DNA of 64,000 bases from Callorhinchus milii (taxonomy: Eukaryota). Where the stretch lies: positions 92,940,001 to 93,004,000 of the forward strand of contig NW_024704742.1 of the NCBI RefSeq assembly GCF_018977255.1. The letters are read 5' to 3'. The notes beneath the pieces are model-generated. The model saw only the letters and a program-made list of their open reading frames with translations. It was not told where the DNA came from and did no database searches. This document shows positions 13,608 to 25,240 of this stretch, piece by piece. Within the stretch, counting starts at the first letter, position 1, and each line of letters opens with the position of its first letter. A program made the translations under genes and the position numbers.

Positions 13608-13915
13608 CTCGGTTGCCAGAGTGAGAGGCAGGGGTAGACTTCAAAGAGAAACTTTAAATTGAGACTGTGACTGTCATAGGTGTGAACCACATTTTTCTAC
13701 TAAAACATTTGGTATATTTCCTGCGCATAACTGCATTTCCTGAGATGTTCTTTAAAATACAGTCGAACATATATTGACAAAGAAGTACCTAGTTTTAAAT
13801 ACATTTATGATCATTTTTGTCAATGAATGTGACAAACTTATGTCTGAACCTTTGCTGTGTGTTGGAGATTCCTTTTCCAGTAACTTTGCTATATAGTATC
13901 ATTCTCACATCCAGT
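13608..13915 (-). pseudogene. Pseudo-exon
   Basis: Acceptor ttttctaacag|; a single frame reads QSYWKRNLQHTAKVQT*VCHIH*...AQEIYQMF**KNVVHTYDSHSLNLKFL, compare recalled AWQRSI..LVCALRR..LFFTEKDFV..MKYL. Confidence 0.5.
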
Positions 13916-14159
13916 CTGTTAGAAAATGTGCCTAATTTTAACATTCGTGTGACTTAAATTAGCTTTTCATTAGCAATATATTTTAAATACTGTACTATCG
14001 TTGACAATTAAAATTCAATGCTTAGGACTCTTCAGGAATGAAGAGATGACAGGATCGTTCACTGCTTTTATTGGGGAAATCCGCTGACAGTGTTAATATT
14101 AATCTTGTCTCTGAGTCAGAAGGTTGTGAGTAAAAGATCCATGTTGGGACTTTGAGCTG

Positions 14160-14475
14160 GTAGGAGACTCAGTGATTTGGGGACATAGATATAAGACAGT
14201 CACAAGAAGAGTGATAGGAGAGCTTAGAATAATTTGTTTGCACAGAGAGATGTTGGATTTCAAGACAAGGTAGTGGAAGTGAAGTCCATTATGGGTTTCA
14301 AGAGATAGATAGATACATGAAAGATAGCAACCTGTAGAGATATGGGGATAGGGTAGGACAGAGGGAATTAATGGACAGCTTATAAGAACGTAAATACATA
14401 AGCTTTCTCTGATAACTGTTGCAGATTTGATGGGTTGAACGGTCTCCTTTGTGTTGTAAATTTCTATGATTCTGA
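14160..14475 (+). mobile_element. Degenerate CR1 3' end
   Basis: ggggacatagatataag...gatgggttgaacggtctcc...tttctatgattct. Confidence 0.7.
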
Positions 14476-14504
14476 ATACTGTGAAGTGTTTTGAGATTGT
14501 TCAA

Positions 14505-15650
14505 CAATCAACAACAATAACAGCAACAAAAATTACATTTGTATACCACCTTTCACGTCGGAAGGACGCTGGACAATCAACGTTTTGGACCCGAGCTGGG
14601 GGTCAGGTTTGGGGAGAGTGGCGGGTGGGGGGGAAGGGGGGAGGCAAGGTGGAAGGAGAGTGATTAAAGGCACGGTCAAAGAGGGGGGGCTTGAGTTGGG
14701 TCTTGAAGGAGATAAGGAAGGGGGCGAGGCAGAGGGACTGTGGGATGGAGTTCCAGAGGGTGCGGCAGAGTAGCTGAAGGCCCGTCCGCTAATGGTGGTG
14801 CGGGGGACGTGAAGTAGGCCGGAGCCCGCTGAGCGGAGGGGGAGGGCAGGTTGGTAGGGGGTTAGGAGGTTACAAAGGTCGGGTAGAGCAAGGCCATGGA
14901 AAGCTTCGAAGATGAGGACCAGGATCTTGAACTGTATCCTTTGTGTGATGCGAATAATAATAATAATAATAACAATCCTTGCATTTGATATAGCGCCTTA
15001 TCACGTCTTCTAGACCTCTCAAAGTGCTTCACAGAATATACTGTAAAGTGAATTGACTGTATATTTGTGGGCGAAATACAGCAGCCAATTGCGCACAGCA
15101 GTGTCCCACAAACAGTCATGGATTGAAGTGACCAATTTATTATTATTTTTTTTTCTTGAGGAATTATTATCAGGCGTGTGGAGTAAGGAAACTTGCCCAA
15201 GGTTTCACTCTGTTCAGAATCGAACCCAGGTGTCTCGCTTGCAAAGCGAGTGCTCTAACCACTGAGCTACAGGAAGCCAGTGGAGTCGGCGAGGATGGGG
15301 GTGATAGAGCTACGGAGTCTGGTGCCGGAGAGGACAAGGGCTGCAGAGTTCTGGATGATCTGCAGCCTGTGGAGGGAGGAGCTGGGGAGGCCGACAAGCA
15401 ATGAGTTTGTATAGTCAGGCCTCGATGTTATGAAGGCGTGTATGAGGGTTTTGGCGGCCTGTGGTGTGAGTCAGTGGCGGAGCCGGGCGATGTTGCGGAG
15501 GTGGAAGGCAAAGCGGGTCATGGCATGGATGTGGGGTAGAAAGGATAGTTGGGTCAAACAAGACGCCAAGGTTCTCGACTGGCTTAGCAGTGAGATGTAG
15601 CGTGCATCCTTGGGTGGTGATGCTATCAGCGCCTGAGGTGTGGCACCTCT
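14505..15650 (-). mobile_element. L2 3' fragment split by a SINE (14953-15276)
   Basis: [11 protein letters not shown] and the C-rich L2 3' region continue on both sides of the SINE. Confidence 0.85.
14953..15276 (-). mobile_element. tRNA-derived SINE, short subfamily, inserted in L2
   Basis: Head, Deu-like body and (ATA)n tail. Confidence 0.88.
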
Positions 15651-15979
15651 GGCACCTCCAGCAATGCAGCACACTCTCTGCACTACACTGGAGGGTCAGC
15701 CTAGACTTTATGAGTTGAAAATCCTGACGCGGAGCTTAAACCCATAGCTGTCAGGCTGTTGACACACGTTTATATAATACCTTTCAAATTGGGAAGGTGT
15801 CCCAAAGGGCTTTTCATAGCTGACAGGGCACCCAAGCTTGGGGTGAAGGGGGAAAGGTAACTGAAAGCGTGATTGAAGAGATAGGTCTTAAGGCGATATG
15901 TTATATATTATTACATATCACAAATTTACCCCACTATAAATATGACATTGTTATAGCCATTGATGAGTCTATCTAAGAC

Positions 15980-16354
15980 CTTGGAGACTAATGTTATAAA
16001 TGAAATGACAGTAAGACATGAACATTCTCAAGGTTTACAGCAGAGATAAAAGAAATGAATTATTAATATCCTCTAATTGAAAACAGATAACCTTGCAGGT
16101 TGCATTCATTGACATTGACCTAAGTAACATCTCATTTGACCAACAGGTTTCACATATGGTACTAAACTCCTTGAAAGAACCTTTTAATGAAAACATTAAA
16201 TCATACTGAAATTCTCCAGAAGTTGTCAGAGGAAACATTAACTAATTTCTCATTTCCTAGTTTCTTTCTTCCATCAACAAATCAACAAATAAAAAGAGTT
16301 ACTTAAAGACTTTGAACCAAGGTCAGATATCAGCAAAGCCAAACAAATACTTTA
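15980..16354 (-). pseudogene. Pseudo-exon
   Basis: Acceptor tatttatgtgtttcag|; reads ICLALLI ... CFH*KVLSRSLVPY ... then SFISAVNLENVHVLL, compare recalled HCLALLL..CFHAVPY..SDPEMEQVVLL. Many stops; donor uncertain. Confidence 0.45.
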
Positions 16355-16508
16355 CTGAAACACATAAATAAAAAAATATTACTCAGGCATAGCCCTTTAA
16401 AGATGCAATATGTAATTTCATGTTGGGTTCATTAACACACTACTATCCTTATCATAATGTTATCTGGAATTATTGTCAAGCACTTTGAGACATTCTCCTG
16501 ACGTTTGA

Positions 16509-16940
16509 GTGTCAGATTGGCTCAGTTGTTATTATTCCCATCTCTGAGACAGAAGATTGTGGGTTTAAGTCACATGTCAGGACTTGGAACTCATATAATC
16601 TAAGATGACACTCCAATGCAGTACGCTGCATTAGGGGTATGCTGCATTGTTGAATATATTTAAATCGAGGTGATGTCTGCCTGTTCAGGTGGACCTTAAA
16701 GATTCTTTGACACTATTCAAAAAGAGATAGGAATTTCTCTCAGTGTCCTAGCACAAACGCTCAAATAAAATTGGTCATTTACTTCATGGCTGTAGGTGGG
16801 ACATTGCTGCACACACATTGTCTTCTGCATTTGCCCACAAATACAAAGTCCCTGCACTTTACAATATATCCTGCAAAGCACTTTGAAATATCCTTCTGAA
16901 ATGAAAAGCACTATTCTAAACGTAAGGAATTATTATTATT
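16509..16940 (+). mobile_element. Older Deu-domain SINE
   Basis: Full-length degenerate copy of the 24843 family. Confidence 0.75.
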
Positions 16941-18624
16941 ATTAGATAAATGTAAATTTTATCAGGCTTGTGAAAATCAACAGTCCAATATTTCCCATGT
17001 TCTTAGACTTAAAATTTCCAAGTTGTATGAATTTTGGAAAATTCTTAAATTCAGCCTTGAATTTAAAAAGCAGTTTTTAAGCTCTGCTGAAAACCTTGGA
17101 CTATAATAATCCTTGCATTTGATATAGCACTTTTCTATGTGCTGTGAGGACATCTCAAAGCGCTTAACAGTATTTACTGCAATGTAGTGATTGTGTANTT
17201 TTTTCAGCAAACATGGCAGCCAATTTGTGCATATCAATGTTCCACAAACAGCCATGGAGTAAATGACCAATCTTATCCAGGGGATTGTTGGCCAGGACAT
17301 TGGAAGAACTCCTTTCTCTTTTTCAGATGAGATCTTTAAAGTCCACCTAAACAAGCAGATGGGGATGATTATCAAAGTCACCAACAATTTAGTCCTCAAA
17401 TGAAAGTTTGGTCAACTACAACTAATTGGTTGAACTACAGAAAACCGACTTCCAGATTAAGACTGGGTTTAAGAATTGTCCACAATTTTGTACCATCTTA
17501 ATTTATTAAGACAAAATGGTCTGATGTGTTAGTTTAAAATTTTTAAACTGAATTTTAGTTGTCTGCCACAGAGAGATTGAGGGAGTTGTTTTGCACTGAT
17601 TGGTTCCTGCACGGTTCAAGCAATGTAATTCCTGATGTGACCCCAAAATACAGGAATGCTTATGTGGACAGTCTGTTGATCTGGAATAAACAACTGGGAT
17701 TAATGTGAAGGAAATAACACGTTTCTAAAATTCTATGTTTAGACCAGAGAGTAACATATGGGCTGCGATAATAACTTTAACAAAATAAAAATGTTCCATG
17801 ATCTAAAAGACAAAGAATTTAAGGACAGAACTGATGGATTTTATTTTGTCATTTTGCTACAGCTGGTCAATGTTATTTCTTCCTGTAAAAATATATTGGC
17901 TTTAACCCACTCCAGCTGACAGTTCAGCTCATCTGATTCCAAGAACATACTTATGTAAGCATTAAGAATAAGAAGAATCGTTGCATTTTATATTGTGCTT
18001 CTAACTTTCTTTGATCATTGTTCTGGTCTTAGGTATAAGAATTTTGAGGACTCTCGCTCACAAAATACAGTCAAACCACTTTACAATATATTCTGTGAAG
18101 CACTTTGAGGCATCTCAACCACGTGATAAGACGCTATATCAAAGGATTATTATTATTGTGTCAGCCTCTCTCAGTTAGTAGCATACTCACCTTTGAATTG
18201 CAAGGCCTTGGATTCAAGCCCCATGTCAGAACTTGTAACTCATATTGTCTAGGCTGACACTCCAATGCAAAATCATGTAAATCTACGGAACTAGTTTGTG
18301 TCAGAGCAAAGTTTCCACAGGTCAGTATGATAAACGTTCCCTGTTTGAGTGGGTCAGATTCTATATTAAAGAATTAAGACTTCTTTAACTTCATTACATC
18401 TTGGCCCCGAATTTCTCATGTCGTTAGTTACTAGAAGATCAGTGTCATGAAATTTTAGATTGAGCAGAATTTTGAAAAATGATCTAAAAGCTGATTTTCC
18501 ACTATTCCATTTTGGTACTGGACAAAATTGACCTTCAAATTAATGCTGAGTTTTAAGATTTTGCTTTCGAAAATTCTGCTCGGTTGTAAAACCAAAGGAC
18601 TAAGAAAATGAGAGATTTCAGGGT

Positions 18625-18927
18625 TTAGTTGGTGTTTATTTTGCTTGAGGTTTTGGGATTGAAAGGGATGCAGATAGCTCCCTTGGCTGTTCTCGGAGCT
18701 GACTGTGTCACCAGTGTGATGCATGACATCCGCTTAAAGCCTCACAGTTGGAATCCATCATCCAGAGCCTTTTCACAAAGTACGGAGGCGTTGCTTAACA
18801 AGGATATAACCCATGAGGGCTGTGGTAGTGCATTTCACGTTTATTCAGAGACCATTAATAACTCTCCTTTGTGTTGTTTGATTCATTTTCACTTATTTAT
18901 TCAGCAATACAATTACAGAACATTACC
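18625..18927 (-). pseudogene. Pseudo-exon, NDK-like repeat start
   Basis: Acceptor ttattttctacaag|; one frame reads KGELLMVSE*T*NALPQPSWVISLLSNASVLCEKALDDGFQL*GFKRMS, like the NDK-family 'xxxGFxxxGxK' strand and recalled Daap1 KGDIILLVS...CAQRGFVMQGVKQL. Confidence 0.5.
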
Positions 18928-19814
18928 CTTGTAGAAAATAAATAATTATAGTGGTTGTGTTCTAATCACACACACAATTTACAAAAGGCTCTCAAACACG
19001 GGAACATAACAATCTCTAGGAGCAGGTAAAGGCCACTGAAACGCAACAGACAGGCTAATCACTTTTTTCTCAGTTTGAACTCCAAATCTCTCTCAATCCC
19101 TATTCTTTCACTTGAACTAGATGCCTCTTGAACCCATTTATATTGCTTGCTTCAATCGCTTTCAATGGTAATTTAGGGGATTAAAATGAGATATTTCTTG
19201 ATTGAATTGCTTAATAAGTAACTCCACTGGAATTCACATTAACCCACAGGAACTCCAGTCTAGAAATAAATTGTGTCAGAGAAGAGTTCCCACAGATTGG
19301 AGTGTTATACTTCCAGTTACCAGTAGGAGCCCCAATTTGCACGACTCTAGTTATTTATTAAGGAATCCTATTAAAAAAGTCCAAAAATTAGATCCCTTAA
19401 ATGAGAATTGATTTATACAGTATTTACAGAGAGTATGAACCATTCCTACCTCAATCCACCAATTCTTTTGGCAAGCAAAATAATAATTACAGAACATTGA
19501 ATGTAACTTGACACCAGATAAACAAGGCTACCAGTGCACCTGCAGTCTTACAAAGTATAGCTCCAAGCTTTTAGCACCAAACAATCCATCACCGTGCAAA
19601 ATCAAAGTGGTAGAGGAACCTGTGCATCTTAGGCAACCTAGGACTCTTAAGACTTGAAAGGACATGTCTCATAGAGATGTATAACATTTTAAAATGGGAT
19701 TGAAAAAGTAGGTAAACTTTAGAATGCACCAAAACAGTAGATCAAAAGGACATAGTCAAGCGTAATTTCAGGACAGTCATCAGGAAATATTTACTTATCC
19801 AGAGAGCAATATGC

Positions 19815-20050
19815 AGGGTGAAACCTTGAGCAAGTTTCCTTACTCCACACGCCTGATAATAATCCCTCAAGAAAAAAAACAATAATAATTTGGTTTCTCA
19901 ATCCACAACTGTTTGTGGGACACTGCTGTGTGCAATTGGCTACCATGTTTCGCCCAGTCAAATGTACAGTCAATTCACTTTACAGTAGATAGTGTGAAGT
20001 GCTTTGAGACATCTAGAAGACATGAAAAGCGCTATATCAAATAATAACAT
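19815..20050 (+). mobile_element. 5'-truncated SINE, short subfamily
   Basis: Starts at gcagggtgaaaccttgagcaagtttcc. Confidence 0.8.
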
Positions 20051-20315
20051 GGGTTTATTATTATTTATTATAATTAACTGGAACAGGTTTCCAGGAAGTA
20101 CGGCTGAGGCCAGGACGTTGGAATCATTTAAAAAAACAGCTTTGACAGGAAGACAGTTGGGCTGCTATTCTGGAGAGACAAGATCAAATAGGCCAAAGGG
20201 CTTTCTTCACCTGGACTAATTTTCTATTCTTGTGAACTACATCAGTACCTCAAAAACATTTGCCACTGTCCACATAAACAGTTATAATAGAATTTAATAC
20301 ATTCTATTACTATAT

Positions 20316-23300
20316 AGCTCCTGTCCTGCCCGATTCGGAGGGCGGAGCGGGGACAGCGCAGGGAGGAGCCGAGTCCTAGCCAAGTGTTTAAAGCCTGACC
20401 GAGGTAAGCCGTCCTCCGCCGGGGCATCTGTAGAAAAATCACAAGTTACATCATCGTGACGTCACACCCAAGAGACCAACAACTAATCACAATGAGCGCC
20501 CACCGCCCTCTGCGCCACCTCTATCCCTCAGAGCCTCCTGCAGGCTGGCAATGTCCCAATAACCCGCCACCTCTCGTCCCAGCGTGCACATCTTGGCTGC
20601 CGCCCCTGACCCGAGCTGGCCCTCCCTCAAAACGCCCCCCTCCCTGCCACTCTCCCACTCTGTCCTGCTCTTTCTTCGCCTTCCCCGCCTCCTATCTCTG
20701 CTTGAACCCCCCCCAATGCTTCCCTCTGCTCCAGCCTGGGAATCCTTCGCCGGGCTCATGATGGTACTCGGCGTTGGCTGTCCTGCAACAGCCACCGACT
20801 GCCCCAGTTGCCATCACCGCCCCAAGCTATCCCAGACCCTGCTCCTGGGGGCTAACCTCTCCTCCCTCATCCACATCCCCAGCTTCCCTGCCAACCAATC
20901 CACTACCCACTCCCATCCCACACATCTCCCTGCCAACTGACCACTCCGCATTGGCCTTCACAATGTCCGCTCCATCTCCAACAAGACCCTGGCCGTCAAT
21001 GAACACATCCTCGATGAGAACAATGACACCATGGCCCTCACAGAAACCTGGATCACCCCTGGTGACACCTTCCCTCTCACTGAGGCCACATCACCCGGCT
21101 ACACCTACCACCATGCCCCCCACCCCAACCGCCGTGGCAGCGGGGTAGCCCTCATATCCAGGGTGTCACTTGCCCTATCCCCCTACTCCACCATCTCATT
21201 CCCCTCTTTTGAATTCCTTACCATCTACCATCCCTCCCACCTCTCTCTAAAAATCCTCCTAATTACCGCCCCCAAAAATCTTCCCCAACGTTCATTTCTG
21301 ACATCTCCACCCTCCTAGCTTCCTTCTGCCTCTGCTTCGACCGCCTCATCATCCTAGACAACTTCAACCTCCACTTTACCCCCTCCTGCTCCATCTCCTC
21401 AGACTTCTCCTCTTTCCTCTCTCTCTCAATCTCTCCCTCCACATCCACTCTGCTACCCATATTCACGGCCACCCGCTCGACCTGGTGATCACCCGGGGCC
21501 TCCGCGTCTTGGATGTCACCATCACTGACAAGGTCATCTCTGACCACTACTTCATCTCCCTCAACTCCCATATTCCTCTCCCCACTGCCTCCAAACCTAC
21601 CACCATCTTCTATTGCCTGTGGAAGAAGATCTCCCCGCAATCCCTCTCCACTGCCCTGGAATCCTCTGAACTCCTCCCCCTCTGGCCCAACTCTCACACC
21701 AATCCAGTTTCTGCACTTACACTTCTCCACAGCACCCTCTCCACCACAATCGACGCTTTTGCCCCCCTCACCTCCCAAACTACCTCCTAATCCCGATCCT
21801 CACTCTGATTCACCAGCCACCTCCACTTCCTTAAGGGCCAGGTGCGGGCTGCTGAACGCATCTGGCTCAAATCCGGCCTAATGGTCCAACATCTGGCTGG
21901 ACCTCATCAAAACCTACCGCTCTGCTCTCGCCTCGGCCAAATCGTCCTTCTATTCCAGGTTAATCCTGGAGGTGAAGGGCAACCCCAGGCTCCTGATTTC
22001 CACCATCAACCGGCTCCTCCGCCCTCCCCGACACGCCTCGCAGATTCTTTGCTCTAACTCTCACTGCGAGAAAATACTGGACTTCCTCGAGTCCAAAATC
22101 GAGGGAATCTGCTCAGCTGCCACTGCCCCACCAACTTCCACCCCCTCCCTACCCCCCACCCACACTCTGACAGCTACCTAACCCTCCTTCCACACCTTTG
22201 AACCTGTCACCCCCTCCTCTGTCTTCACAACCATATCCTCCATGAAGCCCACTACCTGCTCCCTGGAACCCATCCCCACCCCTCTCCTTAAATCCCAGCT
22301 CTACCTCCTTGCCCCACTACTCACCGACATCATCAACCTCTCCCTGTCATTTGACATTGTTCCTACCCCCCTCAAAACAGCCACTGTCACCCCCACCTTG
22401 AAGAAACCTTCCCTTGACCCATCACAGCTATTCAGCTACCGGCCCATCTCAAACCTCCCTTTCCTGTCCAAGGTCCTTGAGAGAGCCGTTGCCTCCCAGC
22501 TCCGCTCTTTCCTCTCCTCCCACTGCCTCTATGAACCCCTTCAATCGGGTTTCCGTGCTGCCTACAGCACGGAAACTGCTCTGGTCAAGGTCACAATCGA
22601 CATCCTGACCATGTGCGACCAGGGCTCCCTCTGCCTCCTCATGCTCCTCGACCTCTCCGCCGCCTTTGACATTGTGGACCATTCAATCCTCCTCCACCGC
22701 CTCTCCTCCCACCTCAACCTTCAAGGTTCTGTCCTTGACTGGTTCAGGTCCTACCTTTCAAACTGAAAGGTCGCAGCAAACGGCTTCTCCTCCAGCCCCC
22801 CGCACCGTCTTGTGCGGTGTTCCTCAGGGCTCTGTCTTCGGTCCCCTCCTCTTCACCCTCTACATGCTCCACCTTGGTGACATCATCCGCAGACATGGGG
22901 TAAATTTCCACATGTATGCGGATGACACCCAACTCTATCTCTCTGCCTCCACCCTCAACTCCAGGACAACTGGTGTCCTGACCGACTCCCTGTCCAACAT
23001 CAAGTCCTGGACGAGGGACAACTTTCTCCAACTCAACGTCAGCAAGACCGAGGCTCTCCTGATTGGCTCGCGCCAGCGCCTCCATGCCTCGGGAGCTGGC
23101 AGCATCAGCATCTACGGCTGCACACTCAACCTCACAAAGCCAGTCAGGAACCTGGGTATCTTGTTTGACCCTGAACTGTCCTTCTAGTGCCTTGGGACAT
23201 TCTTCCGACGTGAAAGGCGCTATACAAACGTAATCTTGTTGTTGTTGTTTCTCCCCCACATCCACGCCATGACTGGCACTGCCTACCATGACCTCCGCAA

Positions 23301-23942
23301 CATTGCCAGACTCCACCACTGCCTCAACCCTCATGCTGCCTGAAACCCTCACCCACGCATTCGTCACATTAAGGCTCGATTATGGAAACTCCCTCCTCAT
23401 CGGCCTTCCGTCCACAAGCTGCAGATCATCCAAAACTCTGCAGCTTGTGTACTCTCGCGCACCAGACTCCGTGACCCCATCACTCCCACCCTCGCCCGAC
23501 TCCACTGGCTCCCCATCCCCCAGAGGATTGAATTCAAGATCCTCGTCCTCACTTTCAAGGCCATCCGTGGCCTTGCCCCCTCTTAACTCTCTGACCTGCT
23601 GACTCCCTACCAATCTGCCCGCTCCCTCCGTACAGTGGGTTCCGGTCTGCTCCATGTCTCCCACCCAACCTGCCCTACCATTTCAGCCTCTCTGCCCCGA
23701 CACTCTGGAACTCCACCCCACAGTCTCTTTGCCTCGCTTCCTCCTTTGCCTCCTTCAAGGCTGTTCTTAAGACCCTTCTTTTCGATCGTGCCTTTGGTCG
23801 CCCTCCCACTTCTCTGCTTTCCCTCACCCCTACCCCTCCCCTCCCCCATGCTCGGGTCCTGACCCCTGACTGTCCAGCGCTTTGGGACGTCCTCCCGACG
23901 TGAATAGCGTTCTATAAATGTCATTTTGTTGTTGTTGTTGTT
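20316..23942 (+). mobile_element. Near full-length L2-clade LINE (about 3.6 kb; APE endonuclease and reverse transcriptase; frameshifted)
   Basis: GC-rich 5' end; endonuclease motifs LHNVRS, ALTETW, GSGVALI, SDHYFI; RT motifs [53 protein letters not shown]; tail cagcgctttgggacgtcctcccgacgtgaa...(TTG)n. Several frameshifts and stops. Confidence 0.95.
23186..23251 (+). mobile_element. Short L2 3'-tail insertion nested in the long L2
   Basis: agtgccttgggacattcttccgacgtgaaaggcgctatac...(TTG)n interrupts PELSF|LPHI, with TTCT on both sides. Confidence 0.8.
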
Positions 23943-24325
23943 GTCACGAACATGTAAATAAATACATGATGCAACCAACATGTTGCCAGTTTTAACCAGC
24001 AGTTGCAAGAGTCCTTTAAACTTCCTGATCAGTGTGAGCTGGGCACAAGCCATCAGTCTGTATACATTAGAAAGTGCAGACACAACTCCACCTCTAGTTA
24101 GATGCACACCATTGTGAACTAAAGCGCGCACTATATCATTGTTGAACGCAGATACAATGGATTTGAAAACAATGCCCATTACAACATGGGTTTTGGAAAA
24201 CAGACCGCCTAAATTAATTTGTCTGACTTGAATTGATGGTCATTTGAGACTTTCTAGAAATCAAAGGGCCTTTTCTCTAACTTATTTGATTAACACAAGG
24301 AACACATGATATGTTGCAAAGTTAC

Positions 24326-24767
24326 CCTTTTGTTTCTTTGGCATTAATCAAATGTAATACAATAAGCTCCTTTAGCAGGGCCACTGTCTGGTTTGAAACT
24401 GAGTTTTTATTGCTGGACTTTGTTGAGTTAACTGATTTCATCTGGAGCAGCAGTGAGATGCTGACACTGGCCTCAGTGCTGCTTAGCTGGGGAAGTGTTT
24501 GTGTGTGGGTGATGGGTGGAGGGAGATGGAATCGGTTACGGTTTTCTTTCCTGAATGTTATCAAGTGTCCCTGCTGGATCATAGATATACAGGTTGGGTG
24601 TGGACAGCATTTGGCTGGCTGTAATGCATCCAAGAATGAATCGGTTGGCGAGACTCACACGAAAAATGTACTGGATGCGGCTGGTGTTCTTGGAAGTCAG
24701 AACCAGTCGGTGCCTTTGGGAGGGAAAGCAAGAACACTGCGGAACAAAAAGAAAGCAATAGAGTAAC
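24326..24767 (-). pseudogene. Pseudo-exon
   Basis: Acceptor ctcaaaacag|, donor agg|gtaact. Long open 3' half (track ORF 24322..24633) with stops in the 5' half. Motif match is weak. Confidence 0.4.
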
Positions 24768-24842
24768 CTGTTTTGAGTTTGTACAAAACATTGGGTATAC
24801 CATAGACAGTGCTAAAAATAGCAAGCTTTCCATTTCTTCTTT

Positions 24843-25240
24843 GTGTCAGCCTGGCTATGTGGTAGCAGACTCGCCTCTGAGTCAGAAGATTGTGGGTTGA
24901 AATCCCATGTTGGGACTGGAATCATGTAGTCTAAGCTGACGTTCCCATGCAGTGCTGAGGGTGGAGGGGCGGGGGTTGTGGGCTCCATTGTTGGAGATGC
25001 TGTCCTTCAGATGAGGCATTAAACTGAATTCCCATCTGTCTGTTTAGGTTGATGTTAGTTATCCCATAGTACTATTCGAAAAGAGAAGGGAGTTTCTCCT
25101 GGTGTCCTGGCCAACAATCTCCCAAATAAAAATTGGTCACTCACTCCATGACTGTTTGTGGGACATTGTTGTGCAGAAGCACTTTGATATGTCTTGAAGA
25201 CGTGATAAGACACTATATTAAATGTCAGGATTATTATTTA
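24843..25240 (+). mobile_element. Older Deu-domain SINE (SacSINE1/AmnSINE-like architecture)
   Basis: tgtcagcctggct...gcctctgagtcagaagattgtgggtt...gatgaggcattaaactga...ggagtttctcctggtgtcctggccaac. Related copies at about 1270-1600, 13000-13220, 16509-16940, 17103-17360, 29580-29805, 30330-30550, 35400-35730, 51691-52280, 53085-53225, 61400-62020, 63310-63710. Confidence 0.75.

Noticed and set aside
22242..23187. Active reverse transcriptase gene
   Set aside because: The L2 ORF is broken by frameshifts, stops and a nested insertion.
24311..24766. 151-aa plus-strand ORF
   Set aside because: No recognisable protein. It is antisense to a segment with minus-strand splice signals and is better explained as the shadow of a pseudo-exon.
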